Shown here: in pieces, positions 1 to 9,165 of the stretch
How the letters are laid out: every line of letters starts with the position of its first letter
Position numbering within the stretch: position 1 is the first letter of the stretch
NCBI GenBank assembly: GCA_964532485.1
Contig: CAZHKE010000011.1
Span: forward strand, 18,647-82,646
From: an uncultured Bifidobacteriaceae bacterium
GTDB lineage: Bacteria; Actinomycetota; Acidimicrobiia; IMCC26256; PALSA-555
Direction: 5' to 3'
DNA: 64,000 bases
Translations under genes and position numbers: made by a program
The notes under the pieces: generated by a model
Databases searched by the model: none
The model's input: only the letters and a program-made list of their open reading frames with translations
What the model was told of the DNA's origin: nothing

Positions 1-597
1 GATGAGGCGACGCCGCAGCTCCTTGGGGCTCGCCTGGAGGTTCAGGATCACCGCCTGGTTGGACTTCACGCGGTCGCCGACCTCCTGGGCGTCGTTGAAG
101 CCCCGCGGCTCGACGACGTGCACCTTGCCGGCCGTGGTCGGCACCGCCCGCACCACCGCCGGTCGACTGACCGAGACACCACTGGGCTGGTCGTCTCTCG
201 GCAGGGGCCGAACGGTCGGCTCGCCCATCCCGACCCCGGTGGCGGCCCCGGGCGCCGAGCCGGGTGCGGTCGGGTGGCCAGGTGGCTCCCGCACCGCGAC
301 CGTGCGGGCGTCGGGCCGCATGTCGCCGACCGGCCGGACATCGCCACCACGCTGGTCGGGGTAGGCCCGCTGCCGAGCCCCATAGCCGTCGTCGTAGCCA
401 CCGTGATCGTCGTAGCCGGCCTGCGGGTCCTCGTGGCCCGGCGGGCCGTACCTCTCGTATCCCTGCGGGTCGTAGCCCGGCTGGCCATAGGCATGGTCGT
501 CGTAGGCCCCCTGGCCGGCGCCGTAGCCGTCGTAGCCGTACTCGTCGTCCTCCTGGAGACCCAGGTAGACCATCGCTCGGCGCCACAGTGAAGCCAC
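1..597 (-). CDS. sepF: Cell division protein SepF, 3' end truncated by the left window edge (absent from the ORF track because no stop lies in the window)
   Basis: My own translation of the minus-strand frame ending at nt 1 gives (V)ASLWRRAMVYLGLQEDDEY, an amphipathic N-terminus like the SepF membrane-binding helix. A Tyr/Asp/Gly/Pro-rich linker follows, then KVHVVEPRGFNDAQEVGDRVKSNQAVILNLQASPKELRRRLI, the SepF core. Start is GTG 597, or ATG 573. It lies downstream of ftsZ-pgeF-yggS, as expected. Confidence 0.85.
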   Translation of the reverse strand, partial: MASLWRRAMVYLGLQEDDEYGYDGYGAGQGAYDDHAYGQPGYDPQGYERYGPPGHEDPQAGYDDHGGYDDGYGARQRAYPDQRGGDVRPVGDMRPDARTVAVREPPGHPTAPGSAPGAATGVGMGEPTVRPLPRDDQPSGVSVSRPAVVRAVPTTAGKVHVVEPRGFNDAQEVGDRVKSNQAVILNLQASPKELRRRLI

Positions 598-680
598 GAG
601 ACCAGACGCGTGCCAAGGGGTGCTGGGGGTGCAAGGGGAGCGGCACGCCCTCCACCGACCAGACTACCGGGCGACCTCGC

Positions 681-702
681 CGCCCCGAGGGCACTCGGGG
701 CG
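681..702 (-). terminator. GC-rich hairpin between yggS and sepF (9-bp stem, 4-nt loop); possible attenuator or mRNA-stabilising hairpin
   Basis: cgccccgag-ggca-ctcggggcg is a perfect inverted repeat about 43 nt downstream of the yggS stop. No U-tract follows it. Confidence 0.3.
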
Positions 703-744
703 TGACCCCCGACGAGCCCCTCGGACCCCACCGGCCACGCGACG

Positions 745-1422
745 TCAGGGTGCGCCCGCGGGTGCGCGGCGCGCCCCGAAGATCGCGCGGCCGACGCGGA
801 CGATGGTCGCGCCCTCGGCGATCGCGGCCTCGAAGTCGTCGGTCATCCCCATCGAGAGCTCAGCGACGTCGAGGCGCTCCCCCATCTCCCGCAGCCGCGC
901 GAACCAGGGGCGCGGGTCGTCGCCGCGGGGGGGCACCGTCATGAGCCCGACGACGTCGAGCCCCAGGGCACGCAGCTCGTCGACGAGCGCCGGCGCGTCG
1001 GGGGGCTCGCATCCCGGCTTCTGCGGCTCTCCCCCGAGGTTCACCTCGACGAGCACCCGCGCCTCCGGCGCGTGCTGGGCGATCGACGCACCGAGCGCGA
1101 TGCGGTCGACCGATTGCCAGCACACGACCCATGGGGCCAGCGCTCGCACCTTGTTGCGCTGCAGCGCACCGAGGAAGTGCCAGTGCGGCGGATTCACGCG
1201 GTCGCGAAGGATCGGGCCCTTCGCGAGCAGCTCTTGGGCCCGGTTCTCCCCCACGTCCACGAGCCCGGCATCCAACGCCGCCCCGATGCGGTCGGCAGCG
1301 ACGGTCTTCGTCGCGCCGACGATCGTGACCGCGCCCTCGACACGTCCGGCACGCGACGCGGCGTCCTCGACCCGGCCACGCACCGAGGCGACGTTCGCGG
1401 CGACGTCGCCGACGTCACTCAC
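745..1422 (-). CDS. yggS: YggS/YlmE family pyridoxal-phosphate homeostasis protein
   Basis: The 225-aa ORF has the family pattern (VTIVGATKTV...HFLGALQRNKV...LSMGMTDDFEAAIAEGATIVRVG). Its GTG start overlaps the pgeF stop (GTGA). Position in the dcw cluster is conserved. Confidence 0.9.
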   Translation of the reverse strand: MSDVGDVAANVASVRGRVEDAASRAGRVEGAVTIVGATKTVAADRIGAALDAGLVDVGENRAQELLAKGPILRDRVNPPHWHFLGALQRNKVRALAPWVVCWQSVDRIALGASIAQHAPEARVLVEVNLGGEPQKPGCEPPDAPALVDELRALGLDVVGLMTVPPRGDDPRPWFARLREMGERLDVAELSMGMTDDFEAAIAEGATIVRVGRAIFGARRAPAGAP

Positions 1423-2072
1423 TCGTCGATCACCGCGACGAGAGCCTGGCGCCCGGTCCGCCCGTCACGGCGGTACGAGAAGTGGTCGCGAGACGTGACG
1501 GTGCAGACGTCGATGTCGTCGACGTCGACCACACCGGCGCGGGCCAGCGCCACGCGCGCCGCGACCGGGATGTCCAGTGCGAGCGCACCGTCGGACGTCC
1601 GCGCCTCGACCGACCTGTCGAGCGCGGCGATGACGAGATCGAGGTCGTCGCGGCCGAACTCGTAGCAGCACGCGTGCACACACGGGCCCACGACGGCGCG
1701 GACCGCACCGCTCCCGACGGCACGCAGGTGTGCGACGGCCCCCGGGATCACGCCGGCGACGAGCCCGGGCCAACCGGCGTGCACGACCGCGATGGCGTCG
1801 TCGGTCGCGAGCGCGATCGGCGCGCAGTCGGCCGTCTGCACGACCAGGGGGATCCCCGGACGATCGGTGACGGCCGCATCGGCCTCGGGCACGTCGCTGG
1901 TGTGTCGCTCGCCCGCGACGACGGTCGCGCCGTGCACCTGGTGGAGCCACACCCACCCCGAGGCGGGGAGCCCGAGCCGGTCCGCGAGCAGCCGGCGGTT
2001 CTCGGCGACGGCGTCGGGGGCGTCACCCACGCTCCGGCTCAGGTTGGCCTCGTCGAACGGTGACTGCGACAC
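1419..2072 (-). CDS. pgeF: Peptidoglycan editing factor PgeF / YfiH (YlmD) laccase-domain protein
   Basis: The 217-aa ORF shows LHQVHG...TADCAPI...VHAGW...GPC...CCYE, the YfiH His/Cys motif set. It sits immediately downstream of ftsZ. Confidence 0.88.
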   Translation of the reverse strand: MSQSPFDEANLSRSVGDAPDAVAENRRLLADRLGLPASGWVWLHQVHGATVVAGERHTSDVPEADAAVTDRPGIPLVVQTADCAPIALATDDAIAVVHAGWPGLVAGVIPGAVAHLRAVGSGAVRAVVGPCVHACCYEFGRDDLDLVIAALDRSVEARTSDGALALDIPVAARVALARAGVVDVDDIDVCTVTSRDHFSYRRDGRTGRQALVAVIDE

Positions 2073-2142
2073 CCCGCTCCACCGGTCGGTCCAGACGACG
2101 CGCGCCGGACCGAGCCGCGTCTCGATCAGGGCCGGCTCTCGA

Positions 2143-3243
2143 TCAGCGCAGGAACTCGGGGACGTCGAACTCGTCGTCCTCGTCGCCGCCCGAGTAGCTC
2201 GTGCGATCCTCGCCGAACGCGCTGTCGGCCGCGGACTTGTCGTGCAGGCCGAGCGACGTCCGCTCCCGACGGGAGGACGAGGAGCGCTCCCCCTCGAAGC
2301 GATCGAAGCCCGCCGCGATCACCGTGATGCGGACCTCGTCGCCGAGCGCATCGTCGATCGTGGCCCCGAAGATGATGTTGGCGTCGGGGTGTGCGGTCTC
2401 CTTCACGACCTCGGCCGCCTCGTTCACCTCGAAGAGCCCAAGATCAGACGGTCCGGCCACGTTGAGGAGCAGCCCCCGCGCGCCCTCGATGCTCGCCTCG
2501 AGGAGCGCGCTCGAGATGGCAGCGCGCGACGCATTCAGCGCGCGGCCCTCGCCACCGGCCTGCCCGACGCCCATGAGCGCGGTCCCGGCGTCTTGCATGA
2601 TCATGCGCACGTCGGCGAAGTCGGTGTTGATGAGACCCGGCGTCGTGATGAGGTCGGCGATTCCCTGCACACCCTGGAGCAGGATGTCGTCGGCCATCTT
2701 GAACGCCGAGAGCAGCGACGACTTCTCGTCCGCGACGTCGAGGAGCCGATCGTTGGGGATCACGATGAGCGTGTCGACCTTGTCGCGCAGCTTGCCGATG
2801 CCGGCGTCGGCCTGCACCGAGCGCCGGCGGCCCTCGAAGCTGAACGGCCGAGTGACGATTGCGATCGTGAGCGCGCCGAGCCCGCGCGCGACCTCGGCGA
2901 CCACGGGTGAGCCGCCGGTACCGGTGCCACCGCCTTCACCGGCGGTGATGAACACCATGTCAGCGCCCTTGAGGACCTCCTCGATCTCGTCGCGGTGATC
3001 CTCGGCGGCCTGCTGGCCGACCTCGGCGTCGGACCCGGCGCCGAGTCCGCGGGTGAGCTGGCGGCCGATGTCGAGCTTGACGTCGGCGTCGCTGATGAGC
3101 AGCGACTGAGCGTCGGTGTTGACCGCGACGAACTCGACGCCCTTGAGGCCGGCGTCGATCATCCGGTTGACCGCGTTGCCACCACCGCCGCCGACACCGA
3201 CGACCTTGATGACCGCCAGGTAGTTCTGCGGGTCGCCGAGCAT
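2143..3243 (-). CDS. ftsZ: Cell division GTPase FtsZ (canonical 366-aa form; the ORF stays open in frame up to GTG 3675)
   Basis: [28 protein letters not shown]... contains the tubulin signature GGGTGTG ([13 protein letters not shown]). The C-terminal peptide [11 protein letters not shown] is present. ATG 3243 is preceded by GGAGG plus 10 nt. See the finding on the upstream 144 in-frame codons. Confidence 0.9.
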   Translation of the reverse strand: MLGDPQNYLAVIKVVGVGGGGGNAVNRMIDAGLKGVEFVAVNTDAQSLLISDADVKLDIGRQLTRGLGAGSDAEVGQQAAEDHRDEIEEVLKGADMVFITAGEGGGTGTGGSPVVAEVARGLGALTIAIVTRPFSFEGRRRSVQADAGIGKLRDKVDTLIVIPNDRLLDVADEKSSLLSAFKMADDILLQGVQGIADLITTPGLINTDFADVRMIMQDAGTALMGVGQAGGEGRALNASRAAISSALLEASIEGARGLLLNVAGPSDLGLFEVNEAAEVVKETAHPDANIIFGATIDDALGDEVRITVIAAGFDRFEGERSSSSRRERTSLGLHDKSAADSAFGEDRTSYSGGDEDDEFDVPEFLR

Positions 3244-3543
3244 CTGGGTGGTGCCTCCCCTCGCGGGCGAGTCCAGCTCGCCGGGATGCAGGTCGTCGTG
3301 TGGATCGCGGTCGGTGTCGATCGCCTGGTCGGGTCGGCCGTCGGCCGGGTGGTCGGGTCGATCGTTGAGCCCGGGGTCCTCGGCCCTGGGGTCTCCTGGT
3401 CCATTCTCGCCGGTCGCGGAGGTGCTCTGGGGGATCGAATGGTCCGGCTCACGCTCGGTTGGCGGCTCGGGATCGGGCTCCGGAGCCGGCTCCCACTCGG
3501 TCTCCGGGACCGGTTGAGCGTCGCGCTCGTCCTCCCACGAGTA

Positions 3544-3579
3544 GTCGTCGCCCGGCATGTCGTCGCCCGGCATGTCGTC
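3544..3579 (-). repeat. 15-nt tandem repeat, about 2.4 copies (gtcgtcgcccggcat), encoding (DDMPG)n in the ftsZ-upstream frame
   Basis: Two perfect copies lie at 3544-3558 and 3559-3573, with a partial third at 3574-3579. Confidence 0.8.
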
Positions 3580-3688
3580 CCCGGCCCGGTCGCGGCGGGC
3601 CTGGTCGTCATCTGGCGCAACGATCCAGTCGCCGCCGCCGCGATCGCCACCGGGCAGATGGGGCGTCACCGCCACCAGGATAGGAGCG

Positions 3689-4597
3689 TCATCCCGTCAC
3701 CGGGGCGCCCGGCACGCGGACGTCGACATAGGTGACCGGGGCACCCGCGAGGCTCGTGAGCAGCGCGTCGGCGGCGCGCATCTTCTCGGGCAGTCCGTCG
3801 AGGCCGCCGAGGCGGATCTCGGGGCCTCCCGCCATCAGCAACGCCGCCTGCCCGTGCTCCACCATCACCCGCGCGACGCGCCCCACCAGGGGGCCCAGCC
3901 GGGCCGCGACCCGTGCGCTGGCCACCGGCGCGATGCGCTCGCCCGGTGCCGGGTCCGGCGTGTCGCTCACCAGCGCGGTGAGACCCTCGGGGGGCGCGGC
4001 CGCGACCGAGACGACCGTCCCGGTGGGGTCGACGACGGCGAACGTCCCGTCCGTGCGCGCCACGGTGGCGACGGGAGCCCGGCTCGTGACCTCGATCCTC
4101 AGCGTCCCCGGCAGCTCGCGCGTCACCTCGGCGTGCGCGACCCAGGCGAGCGACTGGATGCGCTCGGCGACGGCCCCCGTGTCGACGAGCAGGAGCGCGT
4201 CGCCGCGCTTGGTCGCAGCGGCGGACCGCACCTCCTGCACGCGTGGACCCGCGCCGCTGACGCTCACCTGGTCGACGTCGAGGAGCGGTGACAGGACGAG
4301 CCCACCCGCGCCGAACATCGCGGCGACGAGTCCCACGCCGATCAGGAGTCGCCGCAGCCGTCGACGGCCGGCCGTGCGCGCGACCTCGACGCGACGCGCG
4401 CGGAACCTCGGGTGCGGCGCGTTCGCGGGCTCGGCCCGCCGCGTCGCCGGGGTGCCACCGGGCGCCGCCCTGCGCCCCGACGTCCGCGACGCGGGCGGCC
4501 GACGGGGAGGTGCTCGACGCGCGCTCGGTCGACGCCCCGGGGGTCTGGTCGCCCCGGAACGAGGCGCGGCGCGGCGGCGACGAGGGGGCGCGCTCAT
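3689..4597 (-). CDS. ftsQ: Cell division protein FtsQ/DivIB (POTRA domain, single TM, Arg/Pro-rich cytoplasmic tail)
   Basis: It has a TM segment ([19 protein letters not shown]) followed by a POTRA-like region ([10 protein letters not shown]...). It sits between murB and ftsZ. I chose ATG 4597 because it forms an ATGA overlap with the murB stop; the ORF track start at 4633 is also possible. Confidence 0.85.
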   Translation of the reverse strand: MSAPPRRRRAAPRSGATRPPGRRPSARRAPPRRPPASRTSGRRAAPGGTPATRRAEPANAPHPRFRARRVEVARTAGRRRLRRLLIGVGLVAAMFGAGGLVLSPLLDVDQVSVSGAGPRVQEVRSAAATKRGDALLLVDTGAVAERIQSLAWVAHAEVTRELPGTLRIEVTSRAPVATVARTDGTFAVVDPTGTVVSVAAAPPEGLTALVSDTPDPAPGERIAPVASARVAARLGPLVGRVARVMVEHGQAALLMAGGPEIRLGGLDGLPEKMRAADALLTSLAGAPVTYVDVRVPGAPVTG

Positions 4598-5511
4598 TCG
4601 AAGCCCACCATGTGGAGCTCGGGTCGGAGACACACACCCGAGTGCTCGTGGACTCGGCGTTGCACCTCGAGCACGAGCGCGTGCACGTCGCTCGCCGTCG
4701 CGCCGTCGTCGGCCTGGAAGAAGTTCGCGTGCTTGTCGGACACGCGGGCCCCGCCGACGCGCAGACCCTTCAGCCCGGCCGCGTCGATGAGGCGCCCCGC
4801 CGAGTCACCGCTGGGGTTCCGGAACACCGAGCCCGCGTTGGCGCCCCCGGGCTGGTGCTCACGACGCCAGCGCACGACCTCGTCGATGCGGCGCGCACAC
4901 GCGTCGGGCTCGTCCGCGACGCCCGCCAGCACGGCGCGCGTCACGACCTGCGAAGCGGTCACGCTCGAGTGCCGATACCCGAAGTCGAGGTCGGCCGACG
5001 AACGCTCGACCGGCGCGGCGCTGCCACGGAGGTCGGTCACCCACGCGCGCTCGAGCACCTCACACGTCTCCCGCCCGTGACCGCCGGCGTTCATGCGCAC
5101 CGCGCCGCCGACAGATCCCGGGATGCCCACGAAGAACTCGAGCCCGCCGAGCCCGGCGGCCGCCGCCCTGCGCGCGAGCACGGGCAGCGTCACCGAGCCA
5201 CCGGCTGACGCGCGCCCAGCATCGACGTCGATCTTCAGCTCCTCGAAGTCGCCGGTGAGCACCACCCCGACCCCGGCGAAGCCGGCATCCGCGACCAGGA
5301 GGTTGGAGCCCCGCCCGATGACGAGCAGCGGCGCATCGTGCTCCGCGACCACGTGCGCGAGCGCGGCGAGCTCGGCGTCGTCAGCCACCCGGACCACGAC
5401 CGCGACCGGGCCCCCGAGGCGGTAGGTCGACAGCGCGGCGACCGGCTCGTCCCGCGCCACCCGACCCGGCAGCCGGGACTCGAGCTCGGCCGCGAGCGCA
5501 TCGACGCTCAT
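4594..5511 (-). CDS. murB: UDP-N-acetylenolpyruvoylglucosamine reductase MurB
   Basis: FAD-binding and MurB motifs are present (STYRLGGP, VIGRGSNLL, GIPGSVGGAVRMNAGG, GSVFRNP, SDKHANF). ATG 5511 overlaps the murC stop (ATGA). Confidence 0.92.
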   Translation of the reverse strand: MSVDALAAELESRLPGRVARDEPVAALSTYRLGGPVAVVVRVADDAELAALAHVVAEHDAPLLVIGRGSNLLVADAGFAGVGVVLTGDFEELKIDVDAGRASAGGSVTLPVLARRAAAAGLGGLEFFVGIPGSVGGAVRMNAGGHGRETCEVLERAWVTDLRGSAAPVERSSADLDFGYRHSSVTASQVVTRAVLAGVADEPDACARRIDEVVRWRREHQPGGANAGSVFRNPSGDSAGRLIDAAGLKGLRVGGARVSDKHANFFQADDGATASDVHALVLEVQRRVHEHSGVCLRPELHMVGFE

Positions 5512-6905
5512 GGCGTCCCTCCGGCGTGATCGACGGCGGCGAGCCACTCGTCAGGCACGGTCGTGAGATCACCCGCGCCGAGGGTGAGGACGAGATCGCC
5601 AGGCCGAGCGAGCCGCAGCGCGTGCGCCACGACGTCGGCGCGCCGGGGCAGGTACGTCACCGGCGTCGCCGGGTGCGAGTCGAGGACCGCCTGGAGCACG
5701 AGGCGGCCCGAGACGCCGGGCTGAGGCGCCTCGCCGGCGGCGTACACGTCCGTGACCACCAGGGCATCCGCGTCGACGAAGGCATCGGCGAAGTCGCGCC
5801 ACAAGCGTGCGGTCCGCGTGTAGCGATGCGGCTGGAAGACGGCGACCACACGGTCCCAGTCACCCTCGCGCGCTGCGCCGATGGCCGCCGCGACCTCGGT
5901 CGGCAGGTGCGCGTAGTCGTCCACCAGCGTGACACCGCCGATCTCGCCGCGGAACTGGAATCGGCGCGCGACGCCGCCGAACCCCCGCAGCGCCTGCGCG
6001 ACCGCGTCGAACGGCGCACCGAGCTCGACCGCGATCGCGGTGGCGCCCGCCGCGTTCAACGCGTTGTGCCGCCCGGGCACCGGGAGCTCGACCGTCCCGA
6101 GCAGCGCATCAGCGCGGTGGAGCTCGAAGCGGCTGCCGCTGCGCGACCCCTCGTAGGCCATGACGCGGTAGTCCGCGCCCTCGTGCCATCCGTACGTGCG
6201 CACCTCGGGGACGGATCCGGCGAGGCGCGCGGCGATCTCGTCGTCGGCGCAGACCACCCGGACGCCCGGGACCTGGTCGAGGAAGCGTGCAAACGCGGCC
6301 ACGAGGGCCTCGAAGCCGCCGTAGTGGTCGAGGTGGTCCGGCTCGACGTTGGTGACGATCGCCGCGTCGGGCTCGAGCTCGAGGAACGTGCCGTCGCTCT
6401 CGTCGGCCTCGACCACGAGCCACTCGCCGTCGTCGTACGCGGCGTTCGTGCCGACCTCGTTGACGTCACCACCGATCACGAAGCTCGGCCGCCAACCAGC
6501 CGCACGCAGCGCGAGGGCCAGCATCGACGACACGGTCGTCTTGCCGTGACTCCCGGCCACGGCGATCGCGCGGCGCGTCGCGACGAGCGCACGCAGGGCC
6601 TCCGCACGTCGGAGCACGGGAACGCCCCGCGCGGTCGCTGCCTCGACTTCGGGGTTCGACTGCGGGATCGCGGTCGACACGATCACCGCGTCGACGTCGT
6701 CGGGCAGGTGATCGGCTCGGTGGCCGACGCTCGCGCCGACGCCGAGCAGCGCGAGGCGCTGGATCGTCGGCGAGTCCTTGAGGTCGGTGCCCGTCACGTG
6801 ATGGCCCATGCGCTCGAGCACGGTCGCGATCGCGCTCATCCCCGCACCACCGATGCCGACGATGTGGATCGCGCGCGGCGTCGAGAGATCGAGCTCGTCG
6901 GTCAT
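5508..6905 (-). CDS. murC: UDP-N-acetylmuramate--L-alanine ligase MurC
   Basis: The 465-aa ORF has IHIVGIGGAGMSAIA and AVAGSHGKTTVSSM (Mur ligase P-loop). It has an ATGA overlap with murG. Confidence 0.93.
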   Translation of the reverse strand: MTDELDLSTPRAIHIVGIGGAGMSAIATVLERMGHHVTGTDLKDSPTIQRLALLGVGASVGHRADHLPDDVDAVIVSTAIPQSNPEVEAATARGVPVLRRAEALRALVATRRAIAVAGSHGKTTVSSMLALALRAAGWRPSFVIGGDVNEVGTNAAYDDGEWLVVEADESDGTFLELEPDAAIVTNVEPDHLDHYGGFEALVAAFARFLDQVPGVRVVCADDEIAARLAGSVPEVRTYGWHEGADYRVMAYEGSRSGSRFELHRADALLGTVELPVPGRHNALNAAGATAIAVELGAPFDAVAQALRGFGGVARRFQFRGEIGGVTLVDDYAHLPTEVAAAIGAAREGDWDRVVAVFQPHRYTRTARLWRDFADAFVDADALVVTDVYAAGEAPQPGVSGRLVLQAVLDSHPATPVTYLPRRADVVAHALRLARPGDLVLTLGAGDLTTVPDEWLAAVDHAGGTP

Positions 6906-8029
6906 GGCGTTCCGCCTGAACGCACCGGCTCCGGCTTCGCGGCCTCTTCGACGAGGTCGGCGACGCGATCGGCCGCGTCCGGACGGCCGAGCGCTCGGCT
7001 TGCGTCCCCCATCTCGCGGAGCCGCGGGGGATCCGCGAGCAGAGCGTCCAGCTCGTGGGCGAGCCGCGCTCCGTCGAGCTCGGCATCGGGCACGAGCACG
7101 GCCGCGCCCGCCGACGCGAGCGCGTCAGCGTTGCGAGTCTGGTGATCGGCAGGCGCCCCGGGCAGCGGCACGAGGACGGCCGGCGTTCCCGTCGCCGTGA
7201 GCTCGGCGCACGTCACCGCGCCGGCCCGGCAGAGGAGCACGCTCGCGTGGGCGTACGCCTCGGGCATGTCGTCTTCGTACGCACGAAGGTCGTACACGAG
7301 CGAGTCGGTCGTGCGGCGGAGCGCGTCGAGGCGCCTTGCGACCTCGGCGTGGTTCCGTCGACCCGCCACGTGGCGCACGTCGACGTCGCGTCGGTCGCGC
7401 CACCGGTCGTAGAGCCCGAGGGCAGCGTCGTTCAGCGAGCTCGCGCCCAGGCTCCCCCCGACGATCACGACGAGTCGACGCCGCTCGTCGGGCTCCCGGA
7501 CCACGCGAGCGATCGCCGATCGTACGGGGCTGCCGGTCAGCACGGCATCCGGCAGCGGCGTGCCCGGGAGCGACACGGCGGCGCGGGCACCGAGCCGCAC
7601 CGCGACGCGGTTGACGAGACCAGGGACCGCGTTCTGCTCGTGGACGACGGCAGGCACCCGCCGGAGGCGTGCGGCCATCACGCACGCAGCCGACGCGTAC
7701 CCGCCGACACCGAGCACGACTCGCGGCGTGCGCTGCCCGACGATCCGGAACGCCCGAACGAACGCTCCGCACCAGCCGAGCAGCGCCCCCACGTTGTCGA
7801 GGAGCGCGCGCGGCGACATGCTGCGGCGAACGCCTCGGCCGCCCAGGAGGTCGATCTCGTACCCGGCGTCGGGAACTGCGGACGCCTCGAGCCCGCGACG
7901 CGCGCCGACGAAGCGAACGGTCTCGCGACCGTGCCCGCGACGCACGAGCTCGTCGGCGACGGCGAGTGCCGGGTAGACGTGGCCACCGGTCCCACCGCCG
8001 GTCACGAGCGCGAACACTGCATCACTCAC
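6902..8029 (-). CDS. murG: Lipid II synthase MurG (UDP-GlcNAc:lipid I GlcNAc transferase)
   Basis: VFALVTGGGTGGHVYPALAVADEL is the MurG N-terminus. GTG 8029 overlaps the ftsW stop (GTGA). The longer track ORF (to 8185) would overlap ftsW by 160 nt. Confidence 0.9.
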   Translation of the reverse strand: MSDAVFALVTGGGTGGHVYPALAVADELVRRGHGRETVRFVGARRGLEASAVPDAGYEIDLLGGRGVRRSMSPRALLDNVGALLGWCGAFVRAFRIVGQRTPRVVLGVGGYASAACVMAARLRRVPAVVHEQNAVPGLVNRVAVRLGARAAVSLPGTPLPDAVLTGSPVRSAIARVVREPDERRRLVVIVGGSLGASSLNDAALGLYDRWRDRRDVDVRHVAGRRNHAEVARRLDALRRTTDSLVYDLRAYEDDMPEAYAHASVLLCRAGAVTCAELTATGTPAVLVPLPGAPADHQTRNADALASAGAAVLVPDAELDGARLAHELDALLADPPRLREMGDASRALGRPDAADRVADLVEEAAKPEPVRSGGTP

Positions 8030-9165
8030 CGCGACTGCCGCGCGACGTTCGCGAGGATCCCCGCGCCGACCATCGTGAACAGCAGCGACGAGCCACCGAA
8101 TGAGACGAACGGCAGTGGGATCCCCGACACGGGCAGCAGGCCGATCACGCCACCGATGTTCACGGCTGCCTGCGCGACGACCCACACGGTGACGCCGGTG
8201 GCGAGCAGCATGCCGAAGCGATCGGGGGCTCGCAGGGCGGTGCGGATGCCGAGCACCGCGAACGACACGAACAGCCCCAGCACCGTCAGAGTGCCGATCA
8301 GCCCGAGCTCCTCACCGATCACGGCGAAGATGAAGTCCGTGTGCGCATTCGGAAGGAACAGCCACTTCGCGCGCCCGGCGCCGAGACCGACGCCGTCGAT
8401 GCCTCCGCTCCCGGTCGCGATCAGCGACTGGAGCATCTGGTACCCGGTGTTCGACGAGTCGGCCGTCGGGTCGAGGAAGGTCAGGACGCGCGCGCGACGG
8501 TACGGCGCCGCGATCGCCAGGATCACCGCGAGCGACACCCCGCTGCCCGCCACGAGGGCGAGGTGCCGGAAGCGCAGGCCTCCGGCGACCATGATCGTGC
8601 CCACCAGCACCGCCATGATCACGGCGGAGTCGAGGTCGGGCTCGAGGCACACCAGGGCGCCGAAGCCGACGACCACCAGCAGCAGCGGCCGCAGGACGCG
8701 CCGTGGATCGTCGATCTCGCGGGCGCGGCGCGCGAGCAGCTCGGCGGCGAAGAGGAGGAGCGCGAGCTTCGCCAGCTCGCTCGGCTGGAACCGCCACGCG
8801 CCGATGCCGAGCCAGCGCCGCGATCCCCCGACGTAGATGCCGATCTTGGGGACGAGCACGATCGCCAGGAGCGCGCCGCTGGCGACCATCAGCGGCATCA
8901 CCGCCTTCGACCAGCGGTGATAGTCGAACCGAACGACGAGCACGAAGGCCACCACGCCGACCGCGGTCCAGATCAGCTGCCGAGCGAAGAAGTGCCAGGC
9001 GTTGCCGTACTCGGTGAGCGACACCACCGAGGACGCGGAGAGCACCATCACCACTCCGATGACGACGAGAACACCGATCGTGGCGACCAGGAGCAGGTAG
9101 TGCGAGGGCATACTCGACCTGCTGGCCTCCGCCGGCCTCGCGTCGGTGCGCGTCGCGGGGCTCAC
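8026..9165 (-). CDS. ftsW: SEDS-family peptidoglycan glycosyltransferase / lipid II flippase FtsW
   Basis: The 379-aa polytopic protein has RFQPSELAKLALLL, HTDFIFAVIGEELG and PLPFVSFGGSSL motifs. Confidence 0.92.
   Translation of the reverse strand: MSPATRTDARPAEASRSSMPSHYLLLVATIGVLVVIGVVMVLSASSVVSLTEYGNAWHFFARQLIWTAVGVVAFVLVVRFDYHRWSKAVMPLMVASGALLAIVLVPKIGIYVGGSRRWLGIGAWRFQPSELAKLALLLFAAELLARRAREIDDPRRVLRPLLLVVVGFGALVCLEPDLDSAVIMAVLVGTIMVAGGLRFRHLALVAGSGVSLAVILAIAAPYRRARVLTFLDPTADSSNTGYQMLQSLIATGSGGIDGVGLGAGRAKWLFLPNAHTDFIFAVIGEELGLIGTLTVLGLFVSFAVLGIRTALRAPDRFGMLLATGVTVWVVAQAAVNIGGVIGLLPVSGIPLPFVSFGGSSLLFTMVGAGILANVARQSR

Noticed and set aside
66-731. 221-aa minus-strand ORF (and overlapping plus-strand ORFs 2..364, 118..591, 264..944) at the left edge
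   Set aside because: The translations are Arg/Thr/Pro/Ala low-complexity. A different minus-strand frame running off the window edge gives an unmistakable SepF sequence, so these are shadow ORFs.
3244-3688. A separate gene (for example an ftsA or sepF-like gene) hidden between ftsQ and ftsZ
   Set aside because: The other frames give Arg/Thr/Pro-rich nonsense. The only sensible frame is continuous with ftsZ and has no stop before it, so the region is either an FtsZ extension or non-coding.
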